A stretch of DNA of 64,000 nucleotides from Squalus acanthias (taxonomy: Eukaryota), in assembly GCA_030390025.1 (NCBI GenBank), contig CM059432.1, positions 127,164,001 to 127,228,000 on the forward strand, given 5' to 3'. The notes under the pieces are model-generated. The model searched no databases and had not been told where the DNA came from. It saw only the letters and a program-made list of their open reading frames with translations. Below, piece after piece: positions 52,309 to 64,000 of the stretch; position 1 is the stretch's first letter; every line of letters starts with the position of its first letter. The translations under genes and the position numbers were made by a program.

Positions 52309-55300
52309 GGTAGCAGTGACGTACAGGAAAATAGAACAATTGTTTGTGTTTTATGGACTGTCAACTTGTTGATAATGGTGATTTAAAAATGGTTCACCGA
52401 GAACCAGATAGCTACTGTTTAGAGCTTGCTACATTTTTTTCTTAGCATGCCCACATTCCCAACTATGGTAGAGTTTGAAGTTTAGTTTGGTATGAATAGA
52501 GCTTTTATTCTGTAAATTTGCCAAAGAACCCTTGATAGCAGTGGCTGATGCAGATGTAATGTTCTTGGAAGCAGTGGGTTGCATGTCATTGGCACCAGTC
52601 AATGGCATGGTCATAACAATTGGGTACAGATGCTATTCTGCAACATAAAATTTAGCATCAACTCTCTGTACCATTTCCAAGTAGCAGTGGGAGTGTGGAT
52701 TCTTTACCTAAAACTTCAGGAACAATTGCTGGTTAATCTTCCAAGCAGCAATGATTGATGACAGCTTCTGAGTTACTGCAGAGGTGGTGAATGGGACAGT
52801 CGTGGCAACATTTCTGAGCTCCCTGCAATGATCTCCCACTTGATGGTACTTACTACTTTGAATCTTTTTGTTAAAGGAATAAGATTGAGGTGAAGGTGGT
52901 TATGTCTTCTCTGGCCTGGTCAGCTAACTGGTTCTGGCAGATCATCCCAAGGATTGCTTTCAAGTTTTGTTATTTATTCGAATGGTCTGAGATGGGAATG
53001 TTCAGTACTGAATGGATACCATTGTATGCTCTGCTTGGTACTGAATGTTAGAGTCTTGGATTCTTTCCATTAGATTTAGGATGGAGTGAAATATCGAGCT
53101 CCAGAAGGGTTTTGAAACCTACTTTCTCCCACAAGACAACACTTCTAAATCAAATTTTCATTGTGTTCTGCTGTATGATAGATTTTATTGCTCAACAGTA
53201 ATGTTATACAATAGCTTGGTATAACTGGCCACTTCTGTAAAGCACTGAGAACCCCTCAAATGTTTTGCAGCTGCAACTGTTTATATTGTGGAAAGGATTT
53301 GTTTAAAAATGCTGTTAGTTAATTAATTTATTACATATACTGACATACTTACATATACATTCACCACCTTTGATCCTGCTCGATATTTTCTTTTCATTCC
53401 ATTCCATATTTTCTTTTCATTCCAAAAAGTAGTCAGGTAAAATGTGCATTGATGCAATTGCACTAGTGATTTTATGCATTAAATGCATTGACTGAGTTCT
53501 GTAATGGTTTCCTATTCAGCAATTTTGTCTCTGTTCAATTTAGATTGCATTTGAATTCATCTAATTACTGTGGTAGTTTAAATCAATTGCTAATTTTGCT
53601 TCAATCCAAATGTAACTGTTTTTAATAAATGTGATCTAATATGTCATCAGATCTTTAGGAGTTCTTAACATTAGTATGCCCAAACCACAGTACTGTATTT
53701 GCAAAGCACCTAGTTCAAGTACAACCGGTATCTCTAATAGCAAATTAGTACATCAATGATCAGAAGTGCTCACCCTTTAAGTTTCAATTTAGTAGCAGCA
53801 TGTACTGTAACCTATAATGGCGTTGTGCACATCAATTTTGAATGAGTACTTGGTATCTCTTTCCTGTTTGGCCAGCATTAGGGGGGAGGGTTTTAATAAG
53901 AGTGAATTACTTGATTCCTCTTTCAACTTTACTATCAAAAAAACTCTATAAATGTTACTTTTTTGATGCATTCTGTAAAAGTATCCGGATTTTAAAAAAA
54001 TTCACAGACGAATGGAAAGTTCTTGACCAGATACTTCTCATTAGCATCCATTTGCATTGGTTCATGTTGGTTAATAAAACTAGACTTTTTGAGACCAAAT
54101 GCATCCTCTTCCGGACCTGTGTTGCCAGCACAAAGCACTCCATGTGGCAGCTTGCATAGAAACAAGCTCTGCTCTCCCACTGAGGATTGTGGAGTTCAAA
54201 TGCCAGCCCTACAGCCAGAGCTGTGTTACCATTCACTTGTTAATTGACAAGTTTTACATGGCCAGCTCTCAAAGTATTTAACTGAATTTTAACCAAACTA
54301 AAAATCACTTAGTCATATGGGCTTTCTAGGAAATGTATAAAATGCTCTATCTGGTTCCATTGCAAGTTTTGGCAGGTTCTGTTAATGGGAGCTAGGAGCT
54401 TGCCTAAAACCCAAGACTGTAGGCAAAATATGTTTTTTAAAAAATACGCATCTGCTTGCAGAGAGCCTGGTGCATCAGTGGATATTAAAAAATGTCAGAG
54501 TATGCTAGTGTATAGCTATGTAATCGCCTGCTTGTTGCCACTTTTAAAATTCAACCAAGGTTTACAGCCAAATTTGCTATTAGACTGGGGAAGTCTGGCT
54601 GTCAAATTAATACATTTTATAATGGAAAGTGCGTAGGAATTTTTAAATCACCTCGGAGTTCCTTTTGATAACCTCTATTCTATTTTGGTGTTGGAATTCT
54701 CTGAAACCCAGTTCTGCATTTTGGTAGGTTAGCTTTTTTAAAATGTCAGTATTTTTCTGTTGTGTGAATAACTGTTATTTGTCAGCTATGTATACCTTTA
54801 AGATATCACTTCTAAATTTAGTTTTAATGGTGAGCTCCTTTGCATATTTTTTTTTTGAAAGTTTGTATTCTTATTAAAAAGCAGCCCCTCAGAAAACCTC
54901 AAGGCTTTTGGTGGAATCTTCAATTAATCACACAAAACTTTCATATTCCCCCAACCAAGTTTCTGTTCGTGGGGAAAAAGTGTACTTTATTGTAATATCA
55001 GAACCATGTAAATTTTCTACACTCAGTATAGATGGTTAAATGTCTTTTTTATATCTAATAAACATTCTCAAAATTTGCATGTCTGGAAGTGAAGATATCT
55101 ACTTTTATCAATAGTCCCACGCCACTATAATCCATAGAACGCCATAAATTGTAACATCAACTTCACTTGCATGGCACTTTTTAACACAATGTTCCAAAGT
55201 TTTACAGAAGTCAGAATAACTGGTCACAAGGGTGATTGGGGTGATAACTGAGGTGGGATTCGAGGAGGTTTTTGAAGGAAGGGAGGCAGTGAACCACTGG

Positions 55301-55459
55301 TTTAGGGCCGAGGTGACTAGAGACTCTGCGGCCAAAGGGCGGAGGGTGTGGAATGCAAAGGAGGCCTGAGTCAGAGTGGAGAGTAGTTGGAATGGAAGTG
55401 GAGGATATGTGGTTACACACAGTGCTGATGGAGGGATCTGTAGATGAGGACAAAAAAAA

Positions 55460-56100
55460 GCAAACCAAGCACTAGGGTTTATTTCTAGAGAGATAGAATT
55501 GAAAAGTAGAGAAGTTATGCTAAACTTGTATCGAGCCTTGGTTAGACCACACTTGGAGCACTGCGTACAATTCTGGTCGTCATATTGTGAAAAGCATATA
55601 GAGGCACTGGGGAGGATGCAAAAAAGATTTACAAGGATGATACCAGAAATGCGAGGGTATACCTATCAGGAAAGGATTTATAGGCTTGGTCTCTTTTTCT
55701 CTTGAAAAGGGAAGGCTGAGGGGTGACCAAATAGAGGTCTTTAAAATTATGAATGGTTTTGATAGAATAGATAGAGAGTGTTTCCACTTGTGGGGAAGAG
55801 CAAAACTAGAGGCCATCACTAAGATGGTCACCAAGAAATTCAATAGGGAATTCGGAAGAAACTTCTTTACCCAGAGAGTGGTGAGAATGTGGAACTCGCT
55901 ACTGCAGGGAATGGTTGAAGCGAATAGTATAGATGCATTTAAGGGGTGGCTAGATAAGCATATGAGGGATAAGGGAATAGAGGGTTATGCTGATAGTTAG
56001 ATGAGGAAAGACCGGAGGAGGCTCGAGTGGAGCGTAAACGCTGGCATAGACTAGTTGGGCCGAATGGCCTGTTTCTGTGCCGTATATCCTATGTAATCCT
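55460..56100 (+). mobile_element. CR1 LINE 3' portion
   Basis: LYRALVRPHLEHCVQFWS; tail atcctatgtaatcctg. Confidence 0.88.
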
Positions 56101-56595
56101 GTGTAGATTTTGAAATTGCATTGGGAACTGAAGGTTGGTGAATACGGGGTATATTGCGAGTGTTGGATAGGATGCACATAGCATACATTGTAAGTATATA
56201 GTAGAGACAAACGGAACGGCATTCAAAACGCAGTTGGATGTTAATACGCAAGATGCACTAGAGGAATCAGTGCTGATGGGGTGAATGGCCTTTTTTTGTC
56301 CTTTTACATATGCTCAGGCCACAATTCTTGCTGATTTCAATATTCATTCTTTTGCGAATGTGCTGGGTAGGCCTTAGTTCATTTATAATTTTTGCAGAGA
56401 AGTTTTAAATGAGTAATCGACTGCTGGGATACTGGTTGTCTGTGAAAAGAGGATAGTTTCAATTTACACTGAATTTTAGCATATATTTGATTTCCAGATG
56501 CTACAGAAGATTTTCACTTATTTTTACTTGCACACTGTTCCTGGGCCATTTGAACGATCCATTAACTATATTATATGCTATTTGCAAATTTGCAG

Positions 56596-56687
56596 CAAGT
56601 ATCACAGATTGACAATGATCTAAAAGCAAGAGCATCAGCATACAACAATCTGAAAGGAAACTTACAGAATCTAGAGAGGAAGAATGT
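56596..56687 (+). CDS. ATP6V1C1: ATP6V1C1 exon 6
   Basis: [30 protein letters not shown](V); tttgcag acceptor, GT|gtaagt donor; 92 nt. Confidence 0.97.
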
Positions 56688-57151
56688 GTAAGTTATTTTT
56701 TCCATGTGTATCATAATTTAAATTGAATTGCCTTGCATTTAATATGCTTTACAATTAATATAAAGTTAGAATTATAAGTATTTTTACCTCTTGCTCTTTT
56801 GTTCTCCCTCTTTATGCCTCACCCCCAGCCTAAGAAGTTAGATACCTCAAATAGTCATTTTACAGTCACTGGGGTTTAGAGTTGCTTGAATGATGGGAAT
56901 GTTGGAAGTTATGGTGGGACCACTTTGGGATTAAGTGGTTATTCCCATTTGTAGCCTATTTCTTGTCCATTCGAATTAGGAAATGTAAATGTAACCTTTT
57001 GAGATGTTCTGAGAATTAATTCTTCATCCTTGGCCTCAACCATTATTGTGTCCTTTCGAAGCGCTTGTAAGTATTAATGATGTATTATTTTCCCCAGGAG
57101 AACTGCAGTATTTACCTTGTGCTGATAATTGGTTTGTGTGGTCATTTGTAG

Positions 57152-57250
57152 GGGAAGTTTGATGACGAGAAGTCTCGCTGATATTGTGAAGAAGGAAGAC
57201 TTTGTAATGGACTCTGAATATCTTGTTACTTTGTTGGTAGTTGTGCCGAA
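57152..57250 (+). CDS. ATP6V1C1: ATP6V1C1 exon 7
   Basis: [32 protein letters not shown](K); tttgtag acceptor, AA|gtaaga donor; 99 nt. Confidence 0.97.
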
Positions 57251-57369
57251 GTAAGAAACTTTTTTTAATGTTTTTTTAAAAAAAGTTTAAAAATTGTGTA
57301 CTAGTTCAACATGGCTGGTTAATATGAAAAAACCCAAATATTGATGATAAAAGCTGAAAGTTCTAAGAA

Positions 57370-58790
57370 AAATCAGATGAAATGTGAAGAGATGCATTTT
57401 GGAAGGAAAACTGAGAAAAACTAAATTAAATGGTGAAATTTTAAAGGGGGTGCAGGAACAGAGACCTGGGGGTTCACATACACAAATCTTTGAAGGTGAC
57501 AGGACAAGGCGATAAGACTGTTAAGTGTTTTATTTTAAAGTTCATTATCCTCAATATTATTACAAGCATGTCAATGCCTTGGAGAGGGTACAGAGGAGAT
57601 TTCCTGGAATGGTGCCAGGATGAGGGAATTCAGGTATGTAGAGAGACTAGCGAAGCTGGGGTTGTTCTCCTTTGAGCAAAGAAGGTTAAGGGGAGATTTA
57701 ATAGAGGTAATGCATTTGGGGAGGGCTAAAAAGGCAAGGGAATACACAATAAATGGTAGGATACTGAAGTGTAGAGGAACAGAGGGACCTTGGAGTGCAT
57801 GTCCACAGATCCCTGAAGGTAGCAGGTCAGGTAGATAAAGTGGTTAAGAAGGCATACGGGATACTTTCCTTTATTAGCCGAGGCATAGAATATAAGAGCA
57901 GGAAGGTTATGCTTCAACTGCATAAAACACTAGTTAGGCTACAGCTAGAGTACAGCATTCAGTTCTGGTCACCACATTACAGGAAAGATGTGATTGCACT
58001 AGAGATGTTGCAAGGACTGGAGAATTTTAGCTATCAGGAAAGATTGGATAGGCTGGGGTAGTTTTCTTTGGAACAGAGGAGGCTGAGGGGAGACTTGACT
58101 GTGGTGCATAAAATTGAGGGGCTGAGATAGAGTGGATAGGAAGGGACCTATTTCCCTTAGCAGAGAGGTCAATAACCAGGGGGCCTATAGATTAAAAGTA
58201 ATTGGTAGAAGGATTAGAGGGGAGTTGAGAACCCAGAGGGTGGTGGGGGTCTGGAACTCACTGCCTGAGTGGGTGGTAGAGGCAGAAACCCTCATTGCAC
58301 TTAAAAAGTACTTGGATATGCACTTGAAGTGCGGTAACTACAAGGCTACGGACCAAGAGCTGGAAAGTGGGATCAGGTTGGATAGCTCTTTTGGCCGGCA
58401 CAGACACGATGGGCCAAATGGCCCCCTTCTGTGCTGTAAATTTCTCTGATTCTAGGTGTTCAAAATTAAGTGGTTTTGATGGGGTAAATAGGGAGAAACA
58501 TTTTCTACTGGCAGGAGGATCGGTAACCAGAGGACACCGATTTAAGATAATTGGCAAAAAATGCCAGGGGGGGAAGATGAGAGATTTTTTCACTGAGTTA
58601 TGATCTGGAATGCACTGCCTGAAAGGGTGGTGGAATCAGATTCAATAGTAACTTTCAAGAGGGAATTGGACATACGTTTAAAAAGTAAAAATTGCAGGGA
58701 TATGGGGAAAGAGCAGGGGAATGGGACTAATTGGTAGCTCTTTGAGAGCCGGCACAGGGCTGAAGGGCCTCCTGTGCTGCATGATTCTTT
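57370..58790 (+). mobile_element. Nested cluster of CR1 3' fragments
   Basis: Repeated MHFG/MHLG, LVRLQLEYSIQFWSP and RRLRGDL segments with two 3' ends. Confidence 0.8.
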
Positions 58791-59624
58791 GATGTCCATT
58801 CAATTATCCATTATAGTCACTATTATAACAATTAATGTAGTTTTGTTGACTTCTGGGTAGTCCAGAAGTTGAAACCTTGTAACAATACAAACCTCCTGAA
58901 TATTTTCCAAGTGCTTTTCCTGGAGTTTTATCATTAAATGTCAGAATGTGGTGTTTCTGGTTCCATCCAGTGTTTGAAAGTTGAATTGCAAAAATAACAT
59001 TAGACTTGCCATTCAACTTTCGATGCTTCATAAGGCAGAGCAATATTTGAAGAGGGCAATTTATAGTTCAGTGCACCTTTTAATATATACAGTATATGAT
59101 CCCACATTTACTAACCTAAACTTTACCACAAGGTCGAACTATATTGAAGGGAGCTAATAAGTTACTCTTGGGCCTTGCAACAAGTCTGTTACTTCCCAAT
59201 TATAATTTAGGTTTTTTTTTTCCTGCACCTTTTTGAATTCTCATCTCTGTATCCAAGAATAGTGACTACTGTCTATACTTGCTTGTCCTAAATTGTAATC
59301 AGGATAGAATTTTCAGGCACCTGGATATAAACCTGCATGTAGGGGCAGGCTGTTTGAGTTTTGCATAAGGTAAACATTCCAAAGGTTAACCTCCTATATC
59401 TTTAGTCATTATTTCAGATTGGGTAGATTCTCGGTTAAACCAGTTTTACTGGAAGCTTCTTTCAGGGTCAGTCACAATGAAGGCTGCAATATCTAGCGTA
59501 TTGCATCTAATCTTGTGCCATGCCCGGACCTGAAAATGGGGCATTGTGCAACCCCAACTGCTCAAACTATAATTAAGGCAAAATGGCCCTACCTTGGTTT
59601 AGAAATTTTAAGATAGTATTATGT

Positions 59625-61059
59625 GATCTCAAGAAATGGGTGAGTGCACTGGATACAGCAAAGGCTATGGGCCCCGACAATATCCTGGTTGTCATGCTGA
59701 AAACTTGTGCTCCAGAACTAGCCGTGCCTCTAGTCAAGCTGTTCAAGTACAGCTACAACACTGGCATCTACCCGACAATGTGGAAAACTGCTCAGGTATG
59801 TCCTGTCCACAAAAAACAGGACAAATCCAATCCGGCCAGTTACCGCCCCATCAGTCTACTCTCAATCATCAGCAAAGTGATAGAAGGTGTCGTCGACAAT
59901 GCTATCAAGCGGCACTTACTCACCAATAACCTGCTCACCAATGCTCAGTTTGGGTTCTGCCAGGACCACTCGGCTCCAGACCTCATTACAGCCTTGGTCC
60001 AAACATGGACAAAAGAGCAGAATTCCAGAGGTGAGGTGAGAGTGACTGCCCTTGACGTCAAGGCAGCGTTTGACCGAGTGTGGCATCAAGGAATCCTAGT
60101 AAAATTGAAGTCAATGGGAATCGGGGAAAACTCTCCACTGGCTGGAGTCATACCTAGCACAAAGGAAGATGGTTGTGGTTGTTGGAAGCCAATCATCTCA
60201 GCCCCAGGACATCGCTGCAGGAGTTCCTCAGAGCAGTGTCCTAGGCCCAACTATCTTCAGCTGCTTCATCAATGACCTTCCCTCCATCATAAGGTCAGAA
60301 GTGGGGATGTTCGCTGATGATTGCACAGTGTTCAGTGCCATTCGCAACTCCTCAGATAATGAAGCAGCCTATGCCCGCATGCAGCAACACCTGGACAAAA
60401 TTCAGGCTTGGGCTGATAAGTGACAAGTAACATTCGCGCCACACAAGTGCCAGGCAATGACTATCTCCAACAAGAGAGCGTCTAACCCCGTCCCTTGACA
60501 TTTAACGGCATTACCATCACCGAATCCCTCAACATCAACATTCTGGGGGTCACCATTGACCAGAAACTTAACTGGACCAGCCACATAAATACTGTGGCTA
60601 CAAGAGCAGGTCAGAGGTTGGGTATTCTGTGGTGAGTGTCTCCCCTCCTGACTCCCAAAAGCCTTTCCACCATCTTCAAGGCACAGGTCAGGAGAGTGAT
60701 GGAATACTCTCCACTTGCCTGGATGAGTGCAGCTCCAACACTCAAGAAGCTCGACACCATTCAGGACAAAGCAGCCAGCTTGATTGGCACCCCATCCACC
60801 ACCTTAAACATTCACTCCCTCCACCACCGGTGTACCGTGGCTGCAGTGCGTACCATCTACAAGATGCACTGCAGCAACTCACCAAGGCTTCTTGGACAGC
60901 ACCTCCCAAACCCGCGACCTCTTACACCTAGAAGGACCACACGGTTGCAGCAGTTAAAGAAGGCGGCTCACCACCACCTTCTCAAGGGCAATTGGGATGG
61001 GCAATAAATACTGGCTTTGCCAGCGACACCCACATCCCAGCAACGAATAAAAAAAAAAA
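59625..61059 (+). mobile_element. 5'-truncated non-LTR retrotransposon RT (CR1/Jockey-group, distinct family) with A tail
   Basis: KAMGPDNI, YRPISLLSIISK, ALDVKAAFDRVWH, GVPQSSVLGP, MFADD; ends aataaaaaaaaaaa. Its 3' end recurs inverted near 26300-26360 and 33680-33752. Confidence 0.85.
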
Positions 61060-61139
61060 GTGGCATTTTTCAAATTTTTGTGGTGTTTCACCAACAATGC
61101 AGTGCAATGGTAAAACTGCATCTGTTAGTGCATGTTCTC

Positions 61140-61592
61140 GCTCAGTCCAGCATCGAAGGTTTGACCACGCCCGATCAGCTCCAGTGGACGGGCCACATCG
61201 TCCGCATGCCCGATACGAAACTCCCAAAACAAGCGCTCTACTCGGCAAGAGAGCCCCAGGTGGGCAGAGGAAACGCTTCAAGGACACCCTCAAAGCCTCC
61301 TTGAAAAAGTGCAACATCCCCACCGACACCTGGGAATCCCTGGCCCAAGACCGCACAAAGTGGAGGAGAAGCATCCGGGAAGGCGCCGAACACCTCGAGT
61401 CTCTTCGCCGGGAGCAAGCGGAAGCCCAGCGGAAGGAGCGCACGTCAACCCAAGCAGCCCGCCCCTTCAACCACCGTCTGCCCCACCTGTGACAGAGACT
61501 GTAGGTCCCGCATTGGACTCACCAGTCACCTGAGAACTCATTTTTAGTGTGGAAGCAAGTCATCCTCGGTTCCGAGGGACTGCCTGAGAAGA
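61140..61592 (+). mobile_element. 5'-truncated RTE LINE
   Basis: Matches 15011-15490 in reverse; gaagaa tail; imperfect TSD AGTGCATG(T/C)TCTC at 61127-61139 and 61593-61605. Confidence 0.88.
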
Positions 61593-62140
61593 AGTGCATG
61601 CTCTCATGTAAACTAGTACTTGCTAATTTGTTAGAAAAGTGTTTTTCCACCTATTCACGAATGCATCAACAGAAAATTAGAAACTTGTTGAATGAGCACA
61701 TGTGCCGTACTCCCATAATTATGCATTTTGGTGTTTATTTTACCGTCATTAAAGTCATCTAGTGTTGATGTCCAGCAATTTTGAATTGGGTACAGGATGA
61801 CATGTTGAGTGAGATGCTTTTGTATTTTAGTATAATTTACAAAATAGTAAAAGCAGCCATTTGATTGCAGATTAAAGTAGTTGTGGAGAGCAGGTAATTT
61901 TTTTGGATTCAGTGCTTTAGGCTATCGCAATTAGAAAATTGGTATCAGCAAGTAGTAATTGACAAACTATAAAGGGATACATTGTGAAGTCTAAATAGTC
62001 TTTAGCAATCATCAACTTCATGGCATACATAACTTCATATAACTAAAAATGATTACAGTTAAATGACCAATTGGATGTGAAAGTATCACCCTGGCCCCTG
62101 AACCATTGTATAATTATTCAACCACTGTTTTCTTCTTTAG

Positions 62141-62209
62141 AACAAGTTATCTTGAATGGGAGAAAACTTATGAAACTCTGGCAGAGATGGTGGTCCCACG
62201 GTCAAGCAA
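62141..62209 (+). CDS. ATP6V1C1: ATP6V1C1 exon 8 (gene continues past the window)
   Basis: TSYLEWEKTYETLAEMVVPRSS; ttctttag acceptor, AA|gtaagg donor; 69 nt, frame consistent with exon 7. Confidence 0.95.
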
Positions 62210-62265
62210 GTAAGGGAGGTCTTTGATCTATTTTCTGTAATCTTTCTATCCAGTATAAGCTGAAA

Positions 62266-62552
62266 TCTCTGGGAATCACCTGGGAATCTCTGGCCCAAGA
62301 CCGCACAAAGTGGAGGAGAAGCATCCGGGAAGGCGCCGAACACCTCGAGTCTCTTCGCCGGGAGCAAGCGGAAGCGCAGCGCAAGGAGCGCACATCAACC
62401 CAAGCACCCCACCCACTCACCCCTTGAACCACCGTCTGCCCCACCTGTGAAAGAGACTGTAGGTCCCGCATTGGACTCATCAGTCACCTGCAAACTCATT
62501 TTTAATGTGGAAGCAAGTCATCCTCGGTTCCGAGGGACTGCCTAAGAAGAGG
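62266..62552 (+). mobile_element. 5'-truncated RTE LINE, 11-bp TSD
   Basis: RTE 3' end; ATAAGCTGAAA at 62255-62265 and 62553-62563. Confidence 0.88.
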
Positions 62553-62682
62553 ATAAGCTGAAAACCTGTGCAATGCGTTCTAACCTCTGACTTTGATTTT
62601 GGTGTGGAGCAGCTTAATCCAACTATTTAGAAGTGAGAAGTCGCACAACACCAGGTTATAGTCCCAACAGCTTTATTTGAAA

Positions 62683-62719
62683 TCACAAGCTTTCGGAGCG
62701 CTGCTCCTTCGTCAGGTGA
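62683..62719 (-). ncRNA. Minimal type I hammerhead ribozyme motif (family A, antisense arm)
   Basis: Minus strand reads UCAC-CUGACGA-A-GGAGC-AGC-GCUCC-GAAA-GCUU-GUGA. Confidence 0.8.
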
Positions 62720-63345
62720 AGTGAAGAAATACAAATGGGCACAGCATATATAGACAGAGAACAATGCCTGTGCAGAGAACAATGCCAGACGACTACAGTT
62801 AATCTTTCTGACTGCCCTTTATCACACCTCGGCAGAGAGACAATCACGGCAATCAAAGGTGTTCAACCAGGTCAGTCAGGAAGACATTACATCAAAGACG
62901 ATAGCAAAATACAACAAAGACAATGAGGTGGGGTCACAGGGGGTCTAATGTGGCAGATGCTGCAGTCTGTATGGAAAACCAAAAACTTTAAACTTTACTT
63001 TTTTTGATGGAAATCCCCAGCAGGTCCGGCCGCATCTGTGAACAAGCCAACGACGACTTGAGTCTGGATGACTCTACGTCAGGTGGGGTTACATGTAGCG
63101 TGACATGAACCCAAGACATGTCACACTACATGTGACCCCACCTCATTGTCTTTGTTGTATTTTGCTATCGTCTTTGATGTAATGTCTTCCTGACTGACCT
63201 GGTTGGATTTGATTGCCGTGATTGTCTCTCTGCCGAGGTGTGATAAAGGGCAGTCAGAAAGATTAACTGTCGTCGTCTGGCATTGTTCTCTGCACAGGCA
63301 TTGTTCTCTGTCTATATATGCTGTGCCCATTTGTATTTCTTCACT

Positions 63346-63383
63346 TCACCTGACGAAGGAGCAGCCGCTCCGAAAGCTTGTGA
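63346..63383 (+). ncRNA. Minimal type I hammerhead ribozyme motif (family A)
   Basis: UCAC-CUGACGA-A-GGAGC-AGCC-GCUCC-GAAA-GCUU-GUGA. Confidence 0.8.
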
Positions 63384-64000
63384 TTTCAAATAAAGCTGTT
63401 GGACTATAACCTGGTGTTGTGCGACTTCTCACTTTTGTCCACCCCAGTCCAACACCGGCATCTCCGCATCATGGCAACTATTTAGAAGCAGTGTAGTTAT
63501 TGGGTCTAAGCTTAATTTAAGGCTGAACTAACTTAACTTTCAGTTAGCGATGATAGAGATTCCTGGTATACTTCAGTTTAGCAGCTTAATAGTGCAGTAT
63601 TTTAATATGAACATGCTATTCTGTAACATGGGGCACTAAATTAACCACTATACATGCATACCAACTGATAGTTTCATGCTGATGGTCAGTATTTGCTGAC
63701 AACATTCAGCACAAATTGGACTGGATTCCTCTACCCTCAGTGAGGCTCCTTTGAGACTCCTGCTGCTAATGGAAGGGATTCTAGCTGGTGCATATTGTAG
63801 GCAGGAATTATCATCTACTGTATGCAACAGCTGGAATCCTTTCAATTAGCAACAGGACTCTATAGGAATGACGCTGAAGGGACAGGAGGGAGGGAAATGG
63901 ATGTCAACTGAATGGGAACGGGAAGGGAGAGGGGTAAGAACCTGGGAGTGGTACTTCGGCTGGGGGTAAGAGGGGAGAGGCTCAGCAGTGTTTTGGGAAG

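Larger units (their letters stand above)
62634..63474. mobile_element. Fold-back non-coding Penelope-like element with a hammerhead in each arm, 14-bp TSD
   Basis: 62634-62938 is the reverse complement of about 63131-63432; CAACTATTTAGAAG at 62620-62633 and 63475-63488. Confidence 0.88.

Noticed and set aside
53383..53423. 18-bp tandem duplication ATATTTTCTTTTCATTCC
   Set aside because: Ordinary slippage in AT-rich intron sequence.
62735..63330. Two nearly identical short ORFs (MGTAYIDREQC...) on opposite strands
   Set aside because: A by-product of the inverted repeat, antisense to the ribozyme-bearing strand; no coding evidence.
1..64000. CRISPR arrays, operons, rRNA or intact autonomous transposons
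   Set aside because: Eukaryotic intron-rich DNA with no repeat-spacer arrays; every element ORF seen is truncated or frameshifted.

Overview
Vertebrate nuclear DNA, most likely a cartilaginous fish (inferred from the repeat set: CR1, L2, RTE, Tx1, Penelope-like elements and Deu-domain SINEs). The window holds the 5' part of ATP6V1C1 (V-ATPase subunit C1) on the + strand: a CpG-island promoter near 2.9-3.5 kb and seven coding exons (9841-9972, 20874-20941, 26768-26853, 51065-51159, 56596-56687, 57152-57250, 62141-62209). These splice in frame with GT-AG sites to about 213 aa, and the gene continues beyond the window. The introns are dense with transposons. Highlights: (1) short non-coding Penelope-like elements carrying minimal hammerhead ribozymes, including an ~840 bp fold-back composite with a 14-bp target-site duplication (TSD) in intron 8; (2) an ~3.8 kb RTE LINE with a twin-priming-type 5' inversion; (3) an ~4.4 kb intronless, disabled MROH1-like copy in intron 4; (4) two inverted CR1 pairs bracketing exons 3-4 and 3-5, where the 3-5 block would form a stop-free 249-nt circle; (5) a pre-miRNA-sized hairpin. 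Exon numbering assumes one non-coding first exon. Repeat boundaries without a TSD are approximate, and all family assignments are by eye, not by database search.
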